Source of the DNA: Peribolospora baueri
Lineage: Eukaryota
NCBI GenBank assembly: GCA_029717555.1
Contig: JAMDHS010000018.1
Span: 1 to 64,000 of the forward strand
Reading direction: 5' to 3'
DNA length: 64,000 bases
Shown: one piece after another, positions 23,801-36,519 of the stretch
How the letters are laid out: every line of letters begins with the position of its first letter
Position numbering within the stretch: the first letter of the stretch is position 1
The notes under the pieces: model-generated
The model's database searches: none
What the model saw: only the letters and a program-made list of their open reading frames with translations
Told to the model about the DNA's origin: nothing
Translations under genes and position numbers: made by a program

Positions 23801-24815
23801 TTGGTGTCGCTCGCGCCTTTATCGTCTTCCCTCTCTGTCGTGTGCCTCCCTCTCCCTCTTTGTTCTCTCTCCGATTGAGACATGACACCGATGTACTCCG
23901 TTTTCTCTCGCTTATCATCATACCCTCTCATTCTGGCTCTTACCCGGCCAAAAAAAGCGTTTCATTTAGAGGTAGTCTTGATCCGTTTAGAAGCTAGGAC
24001 CTTTCCTCCTCCGTCTGTCCCATTCGTTCCTCTCACCCTGGCGTTTGGTGTTTCGTGTTGTCTCCACCTGTATAAACCATGTTGTCGGGGCGCAGAGGTA
24101 GATGGGGTCCCATCATCTCGTCGAAGGACGGGAGAACCAGTCGTCCGTCTACGCACCGCGAACAGCTGGCCGTGGTTAGTTATCGCCGTGTCGTCCGTCG
24201 CTGTTGGATCGCCGATCATATATATGTTTGTTAACATCCGAACGTGTTGAGTCTCGGTGGGGCCACCAAAAGCCGTTCTCTCCGCGCACTCGACGGCCTC
24301 AACAGCTCCCACCAACAAGCCGCTCCGGACACGATCACCCTCGTCGTCGGCACCTCGCCAACCAAGTAACTAGACGCCTGTCTCCTCCATATTTGGCGTC
24401 TCCTCTCCGAGCAGCCGTCGCTCGAGGAAAGCAAGACGCTAAGGGCACGGCGTCGCAGGTGCGTCGTCGCACCCATCTCGACGACGACGTAGAGCGAGCA
24501 AGCGAGCGTGTGACGACGTTGTCGTTGGTGAAGGGACGTGCCGGGTGGCGTCATTCGTCTGACAATTTTTGGTAAGTGTTTTGAAACAATCGACGAAGAG
24601 CGTACGCTCAGTTGTCCTTGTAGTCAGTCGTCTGATGTCGCCGATGGCCCCAACATCCGCTTCACTTTTGTTGTCCTTTCTCGCTTCTCTTCCCGTTCAA
24701 GTCGGACGACCACTTCACGCCGTGTGGCGTTCCTCTCCTCCCTCCTCCAGGTCGACCTTTTTGTAAAGACTCTTTAACCCTGCAAAATCCGACCGACTCA
24801 CGAGGAAGACTGCAA

Positions 24816-26067
24816 ATGACGGCGTCCATCATCGAGTCTGCCTATCCTCCGGTCTCTGTACCTCCGACTAGGGAAAGGCCACTACACGTGGTGTTAGCTT
24901 GCTCGGGGAGCGTGGCGAGCGTAAAGGTTCCCTTAATGGTCGGCAAGCTGATGGAGGTGGGCGTCGTCGAGTCGAGTCAAGGTCGATGGTCGATGGTGCT
25001 GCTTAGTGGAAGGACGTGGAGCGCTCACTACCGCCCACGCCACTTTCCCTTCTCTCCATGGTCTCAATTAGTACGAGAACGTTCAAGTACAAGTAATTTC
25101 TACCGCCTCCGCACGCAGCTTCTTCGACCTCAGGTATGTCCAGTCGCTTGGCACGCTCGACTTGGAAGCGAAACCGCCAGCGGAGATGCCGATGGGCGGC
25201 CTGGACCCAGACCTGGGAATGAAGCAAGGGCGGGTGAAGTGTTGGACTGATGAGGACGAATGGAAGGTTAGTATACTGATGGGTTGGCCGACTCGATGAG
25301 GACTTATTCTGACGGGGGATTCACTCTATAATCCCCAAAGACGTGGACCAAGGTGTCTGACCCGATCCTCCACATAGAGGTAAGAGTTCTAAGCGCACCA
25401 GCCGATATGGTCCGCCTCGGTCCGACATGCCGATCCCTCCCCTTCCTTCCCATATCCGCGGTGAACAACCAGCTCCGTCGTTGGGCCGACATTGTCCTCA
25501 TCGCACCATGCAGCGCAAACACGCTCGCCAAGATCTGTGCGGGAATCTGCGACAATCTTCTGGTTCGTTTCGTCTCTCGTCCCTTCCCCTCCCACTATGG
25601 GACCCGTGTCCGCACCCTTGCCGATGACGTCCCGTTTGTATGCCGTACCCACGGCTTGTTTCGCAATCGGCGCAAACAGACATGCTTTCTCCGCGCCCTC
25701 TCCCCGTCGACGCCCACGCTCCTCTTTCCAGCGATGAATACGCTCATGTTCGAACACCCGCTTACGGCCCGACATGTCGAGTTTGTCCAAGAGGTACTCA
25801 AGTACGAGGTGCACGGGCCCATCGAGAAGCTACTCGCTTGTGGCGATGTCGGTGAGTCGAGTCGACCCAGGTCGAGCTGAGCCGTTTATTCGATCACACG
25901 CGATGCGATGCTCAACGAGGCCGGTCCATGACACCCGTGGTTCATCTCGTATTTCATTCTATTTTTTTTCAGGCAACGGCGCCATGCTCCCGTGGGATGA
26001 TATCATTGAACTCGTCATCGGTCGTTTCAAGCTACAGCAGCGGCCTTCTTCCCCATCTCCCGTTTGA
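24816..26067 (+). CDS. Phosphopantothenoylcysteine decarboxylase (HFCD flavoprotein, Hal3/Cab3 family); multi-exon
   Basis: SGSVASVK, PILHIELRRWAD...APCSANTLAK...GICDNLL, PAMNTLMFEHP, KLLACGDVGNGAM. Confidence 0.93.
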
Positions 26068-26499
26068 GGTCGAAGCACGTCTAGAGCATAAGGGACATTG
26101 GACATGAAAGTTGAGGGCGTGACGCGATGACAAGGGACGGGGGAGCCGAAGCCGGCCGTGCCGATACGAGGCAGGAGGAGGCTTGTGGCTTGGCGTGACA
26201 CTCTCACCCGACTTGTGCATGTATTTATACGGCTGGAGCGAGGCATCTGGAGAAGGGCTTATTGGATGCATTTCCGTGTGCTTCAAATAGGGATAGGGTG
26301 GAACTGGTGAGAGGACAGGCGGGTGTGGAAAGCGAGGTGAAAGTGCAAGACGGAGGAGGAAGTGTAGGAAGAGGTCCATCCACAAAGGCACCAGGGAAAG
26401 ATCCGCCGATGGTAGCGCCGACGTGAGCTCGACATGACATAGGCAGACGAGTTTAGTAGCTGCCATAAACCGACCAATGACCCCCATCTCATCGCTCCG

Positions 26500-29400
26500 A
26501 TGCTTGGCAGCCGACCGGCTGGCTCACCTTGCTCGCTTTTCCCACTGCCACCACCCTGGATGCCCAAAAGCTGGCCACCGCTGCCACCGTCGCCAACGCC
26601 GCTACCGCCATCATCGCAAGCCGTGACCTCGGCGACGGCGACCACGACGGCCACCGATCGTCCGACACCCTCGTTTTTGTCCGACGAAGCCTCTTCATCA
26701 CCACCCGATAGAGCTCCCGGTACAGCTCCCGTCAGAGCTGGGCAAGAGGAACGGGATCAGGATCAGCAACAGCATCAGCAACAGCAACAGTCGTCCGTCG
26801 TCCGTCAACGCAAGCCATCCAAGCACGACCACCACCCTCACTCCCCTGTCTCTCCCTTTCACTCCCTCCTCTCCTCCTCTTCTTCTTCCCTCTCCTCTTC
26901 CCCCACTTCGTCGTCACCCCCTTCCTCGCCCACCATCACCACCCCCCCCACCACCCTTCATTCTGACATGCCCTCTTCCGCCTCCCTCCTTCCTGGCGGC
27001 ACTCGCTCTTCACCCCTCACCGCTTCCTCCTCCCGCCGCGCACCTTGGAGGCGATACAGGCTCGTTTTCCTCCTCCTCCTCGGCGGTGCCGCATGGTGGT
27101 TCCTCGTCATCGGCCCGGGCGTTCCACCCTTCGCCCACCGTTTGGCCAAGGGCGTCGGAGACGAGGAGGATGGGTGGTGGACCGCGGGGTGGGAAGGTGA
27201 GTGCTCGTGCTCGGTCCGAAAGGCGAAGGAGGGGAGCGAACGAGCATGCGACCCGGGCACGACACACGGTCGACTTGGCCGTGGGCGGGCACAAGGACGT
27301 CTCTCCACTGCTAACCGAGAGCTGCTTCTTTTTCTTTCTTTCTTTCTTTCTTTCTTTCTTTATTTTTCTTATTCTTTCCCCCCCTTTTGTGTACCTCTTC
27401 CCTTTCCGAAACACCACCTCTTATGGGCATTGACGATGCTTGTTGGTTTGCAAAAACTGCAAAACCCCCGTGCGTGTCCTTCACTCACAAATGCCCATGC
27501 CCCGAATCCCGCTCTCTCGTGCGTTCCCCTTCATCGTCTGCCTCGCGCATTGCCATCTCACTTTCCTGCTCTGGTCACCCCCGTCGCCATGACCAGGTCG
27601 CCCTCCGCCGCCCCCTCCCCCGGGCACCCGTCCCAAAATCGTTGACTCCATCCCTCCCGGGCTCGATGGCCCTCATCTCTTCCCTCCCTCGGCCGACAAC
27701 TCGGGCGACTACGTCGACGATGGCCACGATCTCGCCTACGATACCGCCTTCCACACCTCTGAACTCAACCCGGACTGGATCCCAGCTTGGCGACCCTCTC
27801 ATCCTGCGCCGCCCATGTCTACCGCCGATGCGCTGGCGAGACTGGAAAAGGAGCCAACGCGCCTGCCCCCTCCTCGACCCAGAGAAGCTCCTTCCATCCC
27901 CAGCTCTTGGCGCCCATTCGGCAGAGAAAGAAACGCCCCGTCCAGCGGCGGCGGCGGACGCTTCGGCGACGGAAACGTGCGGGGAGGCATGAAGAAGTGG
28001 CCCGCTGCGATCGACGCGCAGCGCAAGCCGCTGGACGTGGACGACTCTTGGACGCCCCCTGTCTTCTCCGATAATCCCTCCCCTCTGCCTCGGATCCAGT
28101 TCGACTTTGCGAGCAAGGGCCCCGAGAGCGAGGAAGAGAGGAAGGAGAGGGAGTACAGGAGGAGGATGGTCCGCAACGCCTTCTTGCACGCTTGGGAGGG
28201 ATATAAGGCCTTTGCTTGGGGCCACGACGAGCTCATGCCGGTATCCAAGGTTCCGAGCGATCCGTTCAACGGCTGGGGCGCTTCCATCGTTGACGCACTG
28301 TGAGTTCGTCGAGGAGGCGCCGCGCCGCACGTGGTCGTCGGGGGGGGGGGCCTACGCTTTCCATCTTTAAGCATGTGTCTCAACCCCGGAATCTCTTCCC
28401 TCCCTAGCGATACCCTCCTCGTCATGGACCTCCCAGATGAGTACACTTTGGCGCGCAGCCATGTGCACGATATGGACTTGACCTTTTTGGCCGGCAAGCG
28501 CTCCGCCTACGGTAGCGCCGACGGCTCCCTTCCCGTCTTCGAGACCGCCATCCGGTACCTCGGAGGCTTCGAGGCCGCGTACGACCTCTCCGGGGACGAG
28601 CTCATGAAGGAGCGCGCCGAAGAGCTTGCCCAGCTCATTCTTGGCGCTTTCGACACCAGGTCGGGCGTGCCCATCGGAAGGTACAAGTTTGGCTCCGAGG
28701 TTTCCAAAGGCTTTCAGGGCGTTGTCGCCCTCGCTGAAGCCGGTAGCCTGGTCCTCGAGTACACGAGACTCTGGCAGGTCACCGGGAACCGGACTTACTT
28801 CGATAAGGTGAATGGCTCCGTTCTCGGAGGCGCGCGGTCGCTTCCCGCTTCATTATCTTGACCCACTCTTTCTGCTCCATTTTCGTTTCCGCTCCCCCCA
28901 GGTCCAGCGCGTTACCGACTGGTTGGACCGCAACATGACCAACCCCATGCGACTCGGCACACTCTTTCCCACTCACATATACCCCGACGACCCCTCCCAG
29001 ATGGCCGGCACGTACACTCTCGGCGCCATGAGCGATTCTTACTATGAATACCTGGTGAGAGCTTGGCCTGGTCTTGTCTGGTTGCTCCGATTCTCGCTGT
29101 ATCGCACGGTCTCGTCTCATCCTCGAGCTCGCGATCGCGACGCCTCGTCCACTCTCTCCCTCCCAGATCAAGGAGCATCTCCTCCTTGGCGGACGACTGC
29201 CCCAGTACGGCAGAATGTACGCAGAGGCGATGGACTCGGCACACAAATACCTCATCCGCGACGTCAAGGTCGTTCCCGGCCACCACCTACTCACCATCGG
29301 AGAGAGCAGCGGCATCGTGTTCAAGCCCAAATTGGACCATTTGGTAAGCCCGCGCTGGCAAGCCTTTTCTCTCTCCGCACGGAGATGCTCATCGCCCTCC

Positions 29401-30381
29401 TTTCCCTCCCCTCTTTCATCCGTTCCGCGCCTTAGACCTGCTACGCTGGTGCGATGCTGGGCCTGGGCTCCCGTCTCCTGTCTCGCGAAAGCGACCTCGT
29501 CTCAGGTCGTAGGTTCGCGGAATCGTGCTGGTGGGCGTACAACTCGTCGGCGACGGGCATCGGTCCGGAAGGCATCCATTTTTACAACATCAACGACGCT
29601 GACCGGTTCGAGCTTAGCGTCGATGCTACGGGTATCACTAGGAGGGGAAAGGCAAAGGGAAAGCCTTGGCCTGGGGTCAGGAAGATGGACGCCACGTATT
29701 CGAATCGGCCGGAGACGATTGAGAGCGTGTTCTACATGTATCGTATCACCGGCGACAAAATTTGGCAGGTGAGTCCGAATGGCACGCGCAAACCCGTCGG
29801 TTCAAGCAAGTGCCCTCCCCGAGCTGACCTCATCTCTTATTCCGCCTCTTGCCTGCCATCCGCAGGACCGAGGGTGGCAGATGTTTGAAGCCTGGGTGAC
29901 GCACGCCATGACCGATGCGGGCTTCTCGTCGATCGACGACGTCAACAAGGTCCCTCCCCGTCAGACGGACAACATGGAAAGCTTCCTCTTCGCAGAGACG
30001 CTCAAATACTGGTACCTTCTCTTCTCCAAGCCGGACTATTTTTCTCTCGACGTGAGCGCCGCTTCCTTCCTTTCTTTCTTTGCCAACTCATCATCCCGCG
30101 CGGCGTCATGCGCCGTCTCCATCGTGCTCGGACGTACTCACCCGTCCGTCGGCTTCCTCCTTCCACAGGAATATGTCTTCTCGACGGAGGCCCACCCCTT
30201 CCTCCTGCCTCGCAATGGCCAACCGGTCAAGCCAGGGTCACAAGGGCTCTGGAGCCCGGACCACCTGGCCGCGTACTCGGGAGGTTACACGGGCGGCGAA
30301 GGCGGCACGAGAGGTGGTATGACCAACGTCCAGAAGTGGCACTTGTTCCGTTCTTGGGACAACGCTGGAAGGCCCAAGTAA
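26500..30381 (+). CDS. Class I alpha-1,2-mannosidase (GH47), type II membrane protein; start uncertain (ATG at 26500, 26560 or 26968)
   Basis: N-terminal TM FLLLLGGAAWWFLVIG. Motifs FLHAWEGYKAFAWGHDELMP, GASIVDALDTL, FETAIRYLGG, LAEAGSLVLE, DSYYEYLIKE, RPETIES, MESFLFAETLKYWYLLF, STEAHP. Confidence 0.93.
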
Positions 30382-31065
30382 AAAAAAAAAACAAAATAAT
30401 AATGAACCGCGGCCGTCAGGAAGCGTGGCGCATTTAATTATTGCCTTTTGTCGGAGCTACCAGACCTTTCTTCTTCTTCTTCTTCTTCTTCGTCTTTTTT
30501 TGTATGACGACGCCTTTGGAAGATAGATAGACATATAGCATCGTGGAGTCAACCTTGCAATCGGACGAGGACAATCGTTTCAATGGTAACGAACTGTTCG
30601 CGTTGGCGTCGGTCGGTCTCCGTCTTTCTGGTCCGAACACTTTGTCGTCCCGTCCCTCTTGTGACGGTCCGGAAGCGGCTTGATCCGCAGATGGCAGCGT
30701 TCGTGGCCGTCAGCCGTTCTGACCACGCAGCGATCTGTGTTGCGGACGATCATACAAACCGTCCCTATGATCTTTTGAGCGTGCCCAAAACATGAGGTAG
30801 AGTAACAATAGGAACTTGTCTGGCGGACTCCAAACCATTTGGAATACGAGAAGTACCTGGGAGAACGGCCAGTGATCGAAAACTGTGGTGTGGTATGCTG
30901 CTGGTACCTTCTCGACCAGCGAGCGAAATCCCATTTCTCACAGATCTCATAGGGTAAAAGTAATGCCTAGAATACATAGAGCATGTACCGAGAAAAACAC
31001 GAACAGACTCGCATTGCGATCATCTAGCCACGAATGAACGAGCAGCATCGAAAATGAGGATGAAC

Positions 31066-34000
31066 TTAGCGCCGCTCGCGCTTCCCGCCTCCAGTTGAGC
31101 CTCCTTTCCGATTACCAGGAAGTCTGTTGACGTTATCGTTGGCCGGCTTCGGCGTTTTCTTGTTGCGATTCTTGTTCTACACAAGGTCAACGAATCGAGT
31201 CAGCGATCGACCTTGGCGACGATCAAATATGAGAGACGTATAGCTAACCTTCACGTTCGCATGACTGAAGAAGTTCTCCGCGGCCTTCTTGTTCGTCGTC
31301 ATCCTCGGCTCTTTGTTCTGTAGCCGCTTCGAACCCTTGCCCGCCTTCTTCTGCTTCTTGGGACTTGGACCTTCGTCTTCGCTCGCTTCGGCTGAGGACA
31401 CTTTGCCGGTCGGCCCTTCCTCTACCGTGCCGAACACTTCATCCCATCCTAACTCCTCTTCTCCGTCCACAGACGCTGCATCCTCCTCCTCGTCATCATC
31501 CTCGTCATTCTCCTCGTCATCCTCCTCCTCGTCAGAGGCCACATCAGAGACGCCTTCTACTTCGACTTCGTCATCGAAGTCATCCTCTGTCCCTCCTTGT
31601 GTGTCCTCGGTTATGAACTTGTTCACAACCGCGATTTGACGGAGAGGTTGAGAGACACCCTTGACGGTCGGGATGGACCGCAGCCCGTGCTGCCGATCCT
31701 CTTCTGTTGGCTCTGTGGCCTGCTTGCCTTTGCCCTTGCGGTCAGAAACGCTTTCGCCCTTCTCGACGCTCGAAGCTTCAGTTCCGGGATCCTTGTTCTC
31801 CGGGGCAGGCGGTGGCACGAAGTAGGGGACCTTGCCTCGGAGCCAGTCGTTCAGGACCATCTTCGCAACCGTCTCAATATCCGGTTCGCCCCCTTTCAGC
31901 AACTTGCCCATCCGCTTGGCGATCTGACCGAGGAAGTCCTCGTGGTCTGTCCAGCTCGTCAGATTGTACGTGCGGCGCAAGTACTCTGATTTCACGCGCG
32001 AGAGCACCGCTGGTATGTGCTCTGCCGGAGTGGCCAAGTTCTCCACTCGAACGACGCCCTTTAGGACCGTGCCTGTTTCCGAGTCATGTGCGGACGCAGG
32101 CACGATGCCGGGACAGTCGATCAGGTAAATGCGGCGCATGAGAGTGATGTATTGCCAAACCTAGATCCAAGTTCGGCATGTCAGCAAAACTCGCCTCTCC
32201 TGTGGTACCGTGATGGAAGATGAACACACCTTGGTCTCGCCGGGAATAGGCGCGACGTCGCAGACCTTCTTCTTCTTGAGCGTATTGATAATGCTGCTCT
32301 TGCCTGTGTTGGGATAGCCGACAAAGCCCACGGAAATTTGCTTCTTGTCCGAGTGCAAGACTGAGAACTGGCGGAGAAGCTGAATTAGGGAGCCCTTGCC
32401 GAACGAGTTGTTGATGGAAGCATGGAAGGCGAGTGTAGGATATTCTTTGGACAAGATCTTGACCCAACGAGCCTGAACACATGGAGGCGGGCGTTAGCTT
32501 TGGAAATCCCCAAATACCCGAGGAGCAAAACCTGCGAGGAGAAACGCAGGCAGGCAACAGGGACCCAAATGAACGAAGAAAAAAGAAATAGAGATGTGCG
32601 TTCCAAAACTAAGAAAGCAGAAACTCGTCTCTCACAACTCTCAAGAGAAGTGGGAGATCCTGCCTTCAACTCTGCGGAACTTTCTTGGCAGCTGTCCCTA
32701 AGCCCCATCTCCGTCGTAACTCAAAACGAGCAGCGACTGAACCCTAACACTCGAATAACTCGAGTTATAGGGCGAGAAGAGAAGGACGAAAGGCTGCAAG
32801 TCGCTCTTCCACACTCGTAACAGAACTATGCGACGGAGAAAGACGTCATGGCAAAGATGACCGCATAGAACTTGACTTGAGGTGTGGTGCTAAATGTCCC
32901 AAAGTCGGGGACGGAAAGAAGGAAAGAAAGGAGAAGAAACCAAGACGAAAGACTCACCGTGACCCACGTGGGCACTAGGTCCACCTTGTTGAGCAAGAAG
33001 ACGAGATGCTTGTGACTTTTCTCCTCTTTGATGTGCTTCTCCACGCTCCTACATCGGGTACCCATGGGGTCGCGCACGTCGAGGACGTGAATGACGACGT
33101 CGGAAGAGTCGATGACCTTGTACAGCTCTCCCCAGATCCTCCTACTTTGTCCCTTGCTGTAGATAGGTTCTGAACGCCCCCGCTGTACGGGAATCTCATA
33201 CGGCTCTACATCTACGAGAGCGGTTGAGCCACCCGCCACGCCAGACTCAACTTCAGCTTTCTCCATGGCCCGAACAAAAGCTTCTTCCTCTTTCTCATCC
33301 TGATTCTTGACTGCCTGAGCGCTCGATTCGGCCAAATCGGCAAAGGATGCCGTATCGCCATCGAGACGAGGTCGCTTGCGCTGTGCGCGCGGTCCAAAGG
33401 TGGAAGCAAATGATTCGGTGGCGACGAGGGAAGGCTTAGACGTCTACAAACCGTCGAAAAAATGGTACGGCAGAGCAATTAGTCATCAGCGAAGAGCGGA
33501 AGCGATACTACAGTTAGGAAAGAACATAAGCAGACACACCGTAGAGGAATCTTGAAGCAAGCTCATGGGAAGCTTGTTCCTCCTCAGAAGAACGCTGTAG
33601 GGGTCATCGACCTTGTTGCCAAGAGAGGTTCGAAAGTGATCAAGGGCAGTCTGGGAAATGACTCGGGTGTTGCCTGATTGATAGAACCCAAGTGCCGGAT
33701 AACAACGCTATCAGTAATGCTGGTATAAACTCAAATCGTCGAGCACCAAGTCCTCGAAGGTGCTTTCCTCTGCCTCGCCTTCTTTTCCATGGGCATACCT
33801 GTCTTCTGCTCCTCCGCATGGAGCCCTAACACTCACCGAACCATCTCCTATCAGGCTGGACCCTCCCAGGAGTAGCCTCAGAGCTTTGAAACTCGGCAGC
33901 TTTGACGATTCTGCCGTCCCTATCGCGAATGGCCTTACTGGCGTTCGAGTTGCCAGACAGGAGCTTGACCCTCTTGGCCTTTTTCGCATCCCGATAGAAG

Positions 34001-34092
34001 TTCTCGCCCTTCACATGGCGGATTCCCGGGACGGAGGACGGGTGGCCGCGAGAGGCCCCGGTCGTCTTTTTAGTCGTTTTGGAAGGCGCCAT
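31066..34092 (-). CDS. nog2: Nucleolar GTPase Nog2 (circularly permuted YlqF/YawG family); multi-exon
   Basis: [70 protein letters not shown]. Confidence 0.97.
32592..32890 (-). ncRNA. snR191: Intronic box H/ACA snoRNA, snR191/U19 (SNORA74) type, in NOG2 intron 32473-32957
   Basis: Two guide hairpins with pockets AGTCA/GTTAC and AGAGT/TAGTT complementary to LSU helix 69 (GUAACUAUGACUCU). Each 3' pocket strand starts 14 nt before an H-like box (AGAGCGA) or the ACA box. The host gene matches the established yeast arrangement. Confidence 0.9.
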
Positions 34093-34281
34093 GGCTACGA
34101 TGCTATCGGTTGAAGGCGTGGGTAGGAAACGAGACGCACAGGAACGAAAAAAAAAAAATCTCAGTGGGAAAACTCCACGAAGGCCCTGCCGCAGTCGGAT
34201 GTCGCTTGCCGCAGTTTCTCGTCCACCGCGGTGTTCATGTCCGTCATCGTGCTAATCGAATTTCTCCACCAGTGGCATGCC

Positions 34282-36292
34282 ATGTCGCTGCACACACTCC
34301 ATAGCAAGCTCGCCCAGAGTTTGCCGGTGTTCAAAGCAAAAGGAAATGCACTCGAGCTTGTGGAATCGCCGAAGGAGTTCTTCGATCTTCTCAAGGTTAG
34401 CATGGCGTCAGATCTTGAGTTCTGAGTGAAGTTGTGAGGTGTTCTGATCTTTGCCAATCATTTGTTTGATCGACGTCTCTGCTGCAGCGCAAAATCCTCT
34501 CTGCTCGCCGGCGAATCTTCATTTCATCGCTCTACATAGGCAAAGAGGAGAAGGAACTGGTGGGCGTTTTTTTGAGGCCCGTGCACGTCCCACTTATCTC
34601 TTATGGTCTTTCGCACTCACCAGTACTCTGTCCATCGTCTTCTATTCGCATCTAGATTTCGACCGTCCATCGTGCCCTCTCCACTAACCCTTCTCTCCGC
34701 CTTACTATCCTCCTCGATTACCTGCGCGGCACGCGTGAGCATCCTCAACCGTCCTCCGCCTCGCTCGTGTCTACGCTCTCCGCCGCCTTTCCAGAGCGTG
34801 TCGATTTGAGGCTCTATCATACTCCAACCTTGCGAGGTCCCTTGAGGAGACTTGTAGGGAAGAGGTATAATGAAGGATGGGGTTTACAGCACATGAAGGT
34901 GTATGGCTTTGATGAGGATGTCATTGTTAGCGGGTAGGTGGTAGGTGGGCTATCCGTCTGCTCGCATGACTCCACGAGGCGGTATTGGCTCATACCTTTT
35001 TAATGACCGTCCTCGCCCCCTTCGTCAACTCTTTCCAATCCATACGCACACTCTCGCATGCTTGCATGCACGCACAATCTTCGCTCCAGCGCGAACCTCT
35101 CACACGACTACTTTACGAACCGTCTGGACCGATACATGCATTTCCCCTCCCACGGTGCACTCTCCGACTACCTCTCCTCGCTTGTCTCCACCGTGTCCCG
35201 CTTCTCTTACTCCCTTCACGGCCGCTCGACCTCGTCTTCCTCTCGCCCGGAATTCGACCTTCGATGGTCTGCCGATCCAGTGTTCGAGGGCAGGGAAGAG
35301 AATTGGGAGGACCGAGCGGCGGAGGAGGTGCGCAGCTTGACGAGGGAATGGCATACGAGGACGTCGGTAGCTGGTGAGAAGGCCGACGGGCTTGCAAAGA
35401 CGGAAGAAGACACGACCGTCGTGCCGCTTCTGCAGATGGGGCCGATAGGCATAGATCAGGAGACACAACACTTGCCGCTCCTGTTCGACCTCGCGGACAC
35501 CATGTCCGAAGCCAACAAGGATGGCAACGAAAAAGCGAGATTGGATCTTACCAGCGGTTATTTCAGCCTGTTTAAACCCTATAAAGCTAGGGTCTTGGAT
35601 GGGAGCTCTGACGTCAAAATCGTCGCAGCTGCGCCAGAAGTGAGCTTTATGTCTTCATACGTCTGATGCGGCGTTTTCCGCATCAGCTCTGTTCACCCCC
35701 TGCATCTGACCGTGTCATTTCTGTTCCGTCCCCCGCGCTCCCAACCAAGTCAAACGGCTTCTTCAACTCTCGGGGCATCTCGTACTATATTCCTCCCGCA
35801 TACACATACCTTGAGCGGCGCTTCTACGATGAGATCGTGAGGAGAGGGCAAGAGCACCGGGTAGAATTGAGGGAATGGAAAAAAGAAGGGTGGACGTATC
35901 ATGCTAAGGGTGAGTCGCTCCTTTCGGGTCTATCCATCTTATCACCTGTGAAGGGCCATTTCCTGATGGCAGGAGAGGGGCGCTGATGTTTCTTTCCGGT
36001 AGGATTCTGGCTTTCTCCGCCCGGAGCGACGGGCAAGGACGATTGCTCGCCGCTGCCAACGCACACTCTGATCGGCTCCTCCAACTACGGTGCTCGCTCG
36101 GCGCGACGGGACTTGGAGTGCAGCCTGCTCATCTCGACCTCTTCATCGGGATTGCGAGCTAGGTTAGGAAAAGAAGTAGAACGAATTAGAGAGTCTACTG
36201 AAGAAGTGGACCGAAGCACTTTTGAGAGGGAGGACAGAAGGATCGCGCTTGGGGTCAAGGTTGGAACTTGGTTGATCAAGGATATGTTGTAG
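34282..36292 (+). CDS. pgs1: CDP-diacylglycerol:glycerol-3-phosphate 3-phosphatidyltransferase (PLD superfamily); multi-exon, start uncertain
   Basis: RRIFISSLYIG, LDYLRGTR, QHMKVYGFD..IVSGANLSHDYFTNRLDRY, TSGYF, WTYHAKGFW, IGSSNYGARS..RDLE. Confidence 0.94.
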
Positions 36293-36519
36293 GGGAGAAC
36301 GCTGGACGATTCAGATGGATATCTGGGCCAGGACTTACAAGGCTTTTGTAGAATGCGTCCCATTTTCCTCGAATATTGAATGGAGCACGTTCGTGACTCG
36401 GAGGCCCTGGCATATACGTTGCTATACATCTAGTTTCGGAGACAGCCCGCACCCTAACAGACGAACAATCCTCTCCCGTCGGTCCGCCCGCCTTCTTTTC
36501 CCCCGTTTCCCTTCCGCGC

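Noticed and set aside
24538..24815. GTG-initiated in-frame N-terminal extension of PPCDC across the 5' intron 24572-24750, or a riboswitch there
   Set aside because: The frame is closed by TGA at 24529 and the peptide looks unconserved. No TPP-riboswitch core motifs are visible, so a plain 5' UTR intron is sufficient.
30690..30955. Protein-like stretch (ELVWRTPNHLEYEKYLGERPVIENCG...) between the mannosidase and nog2
   Set aside because: No credible start or exon chain, and it lies in convergent 3' UTR space.
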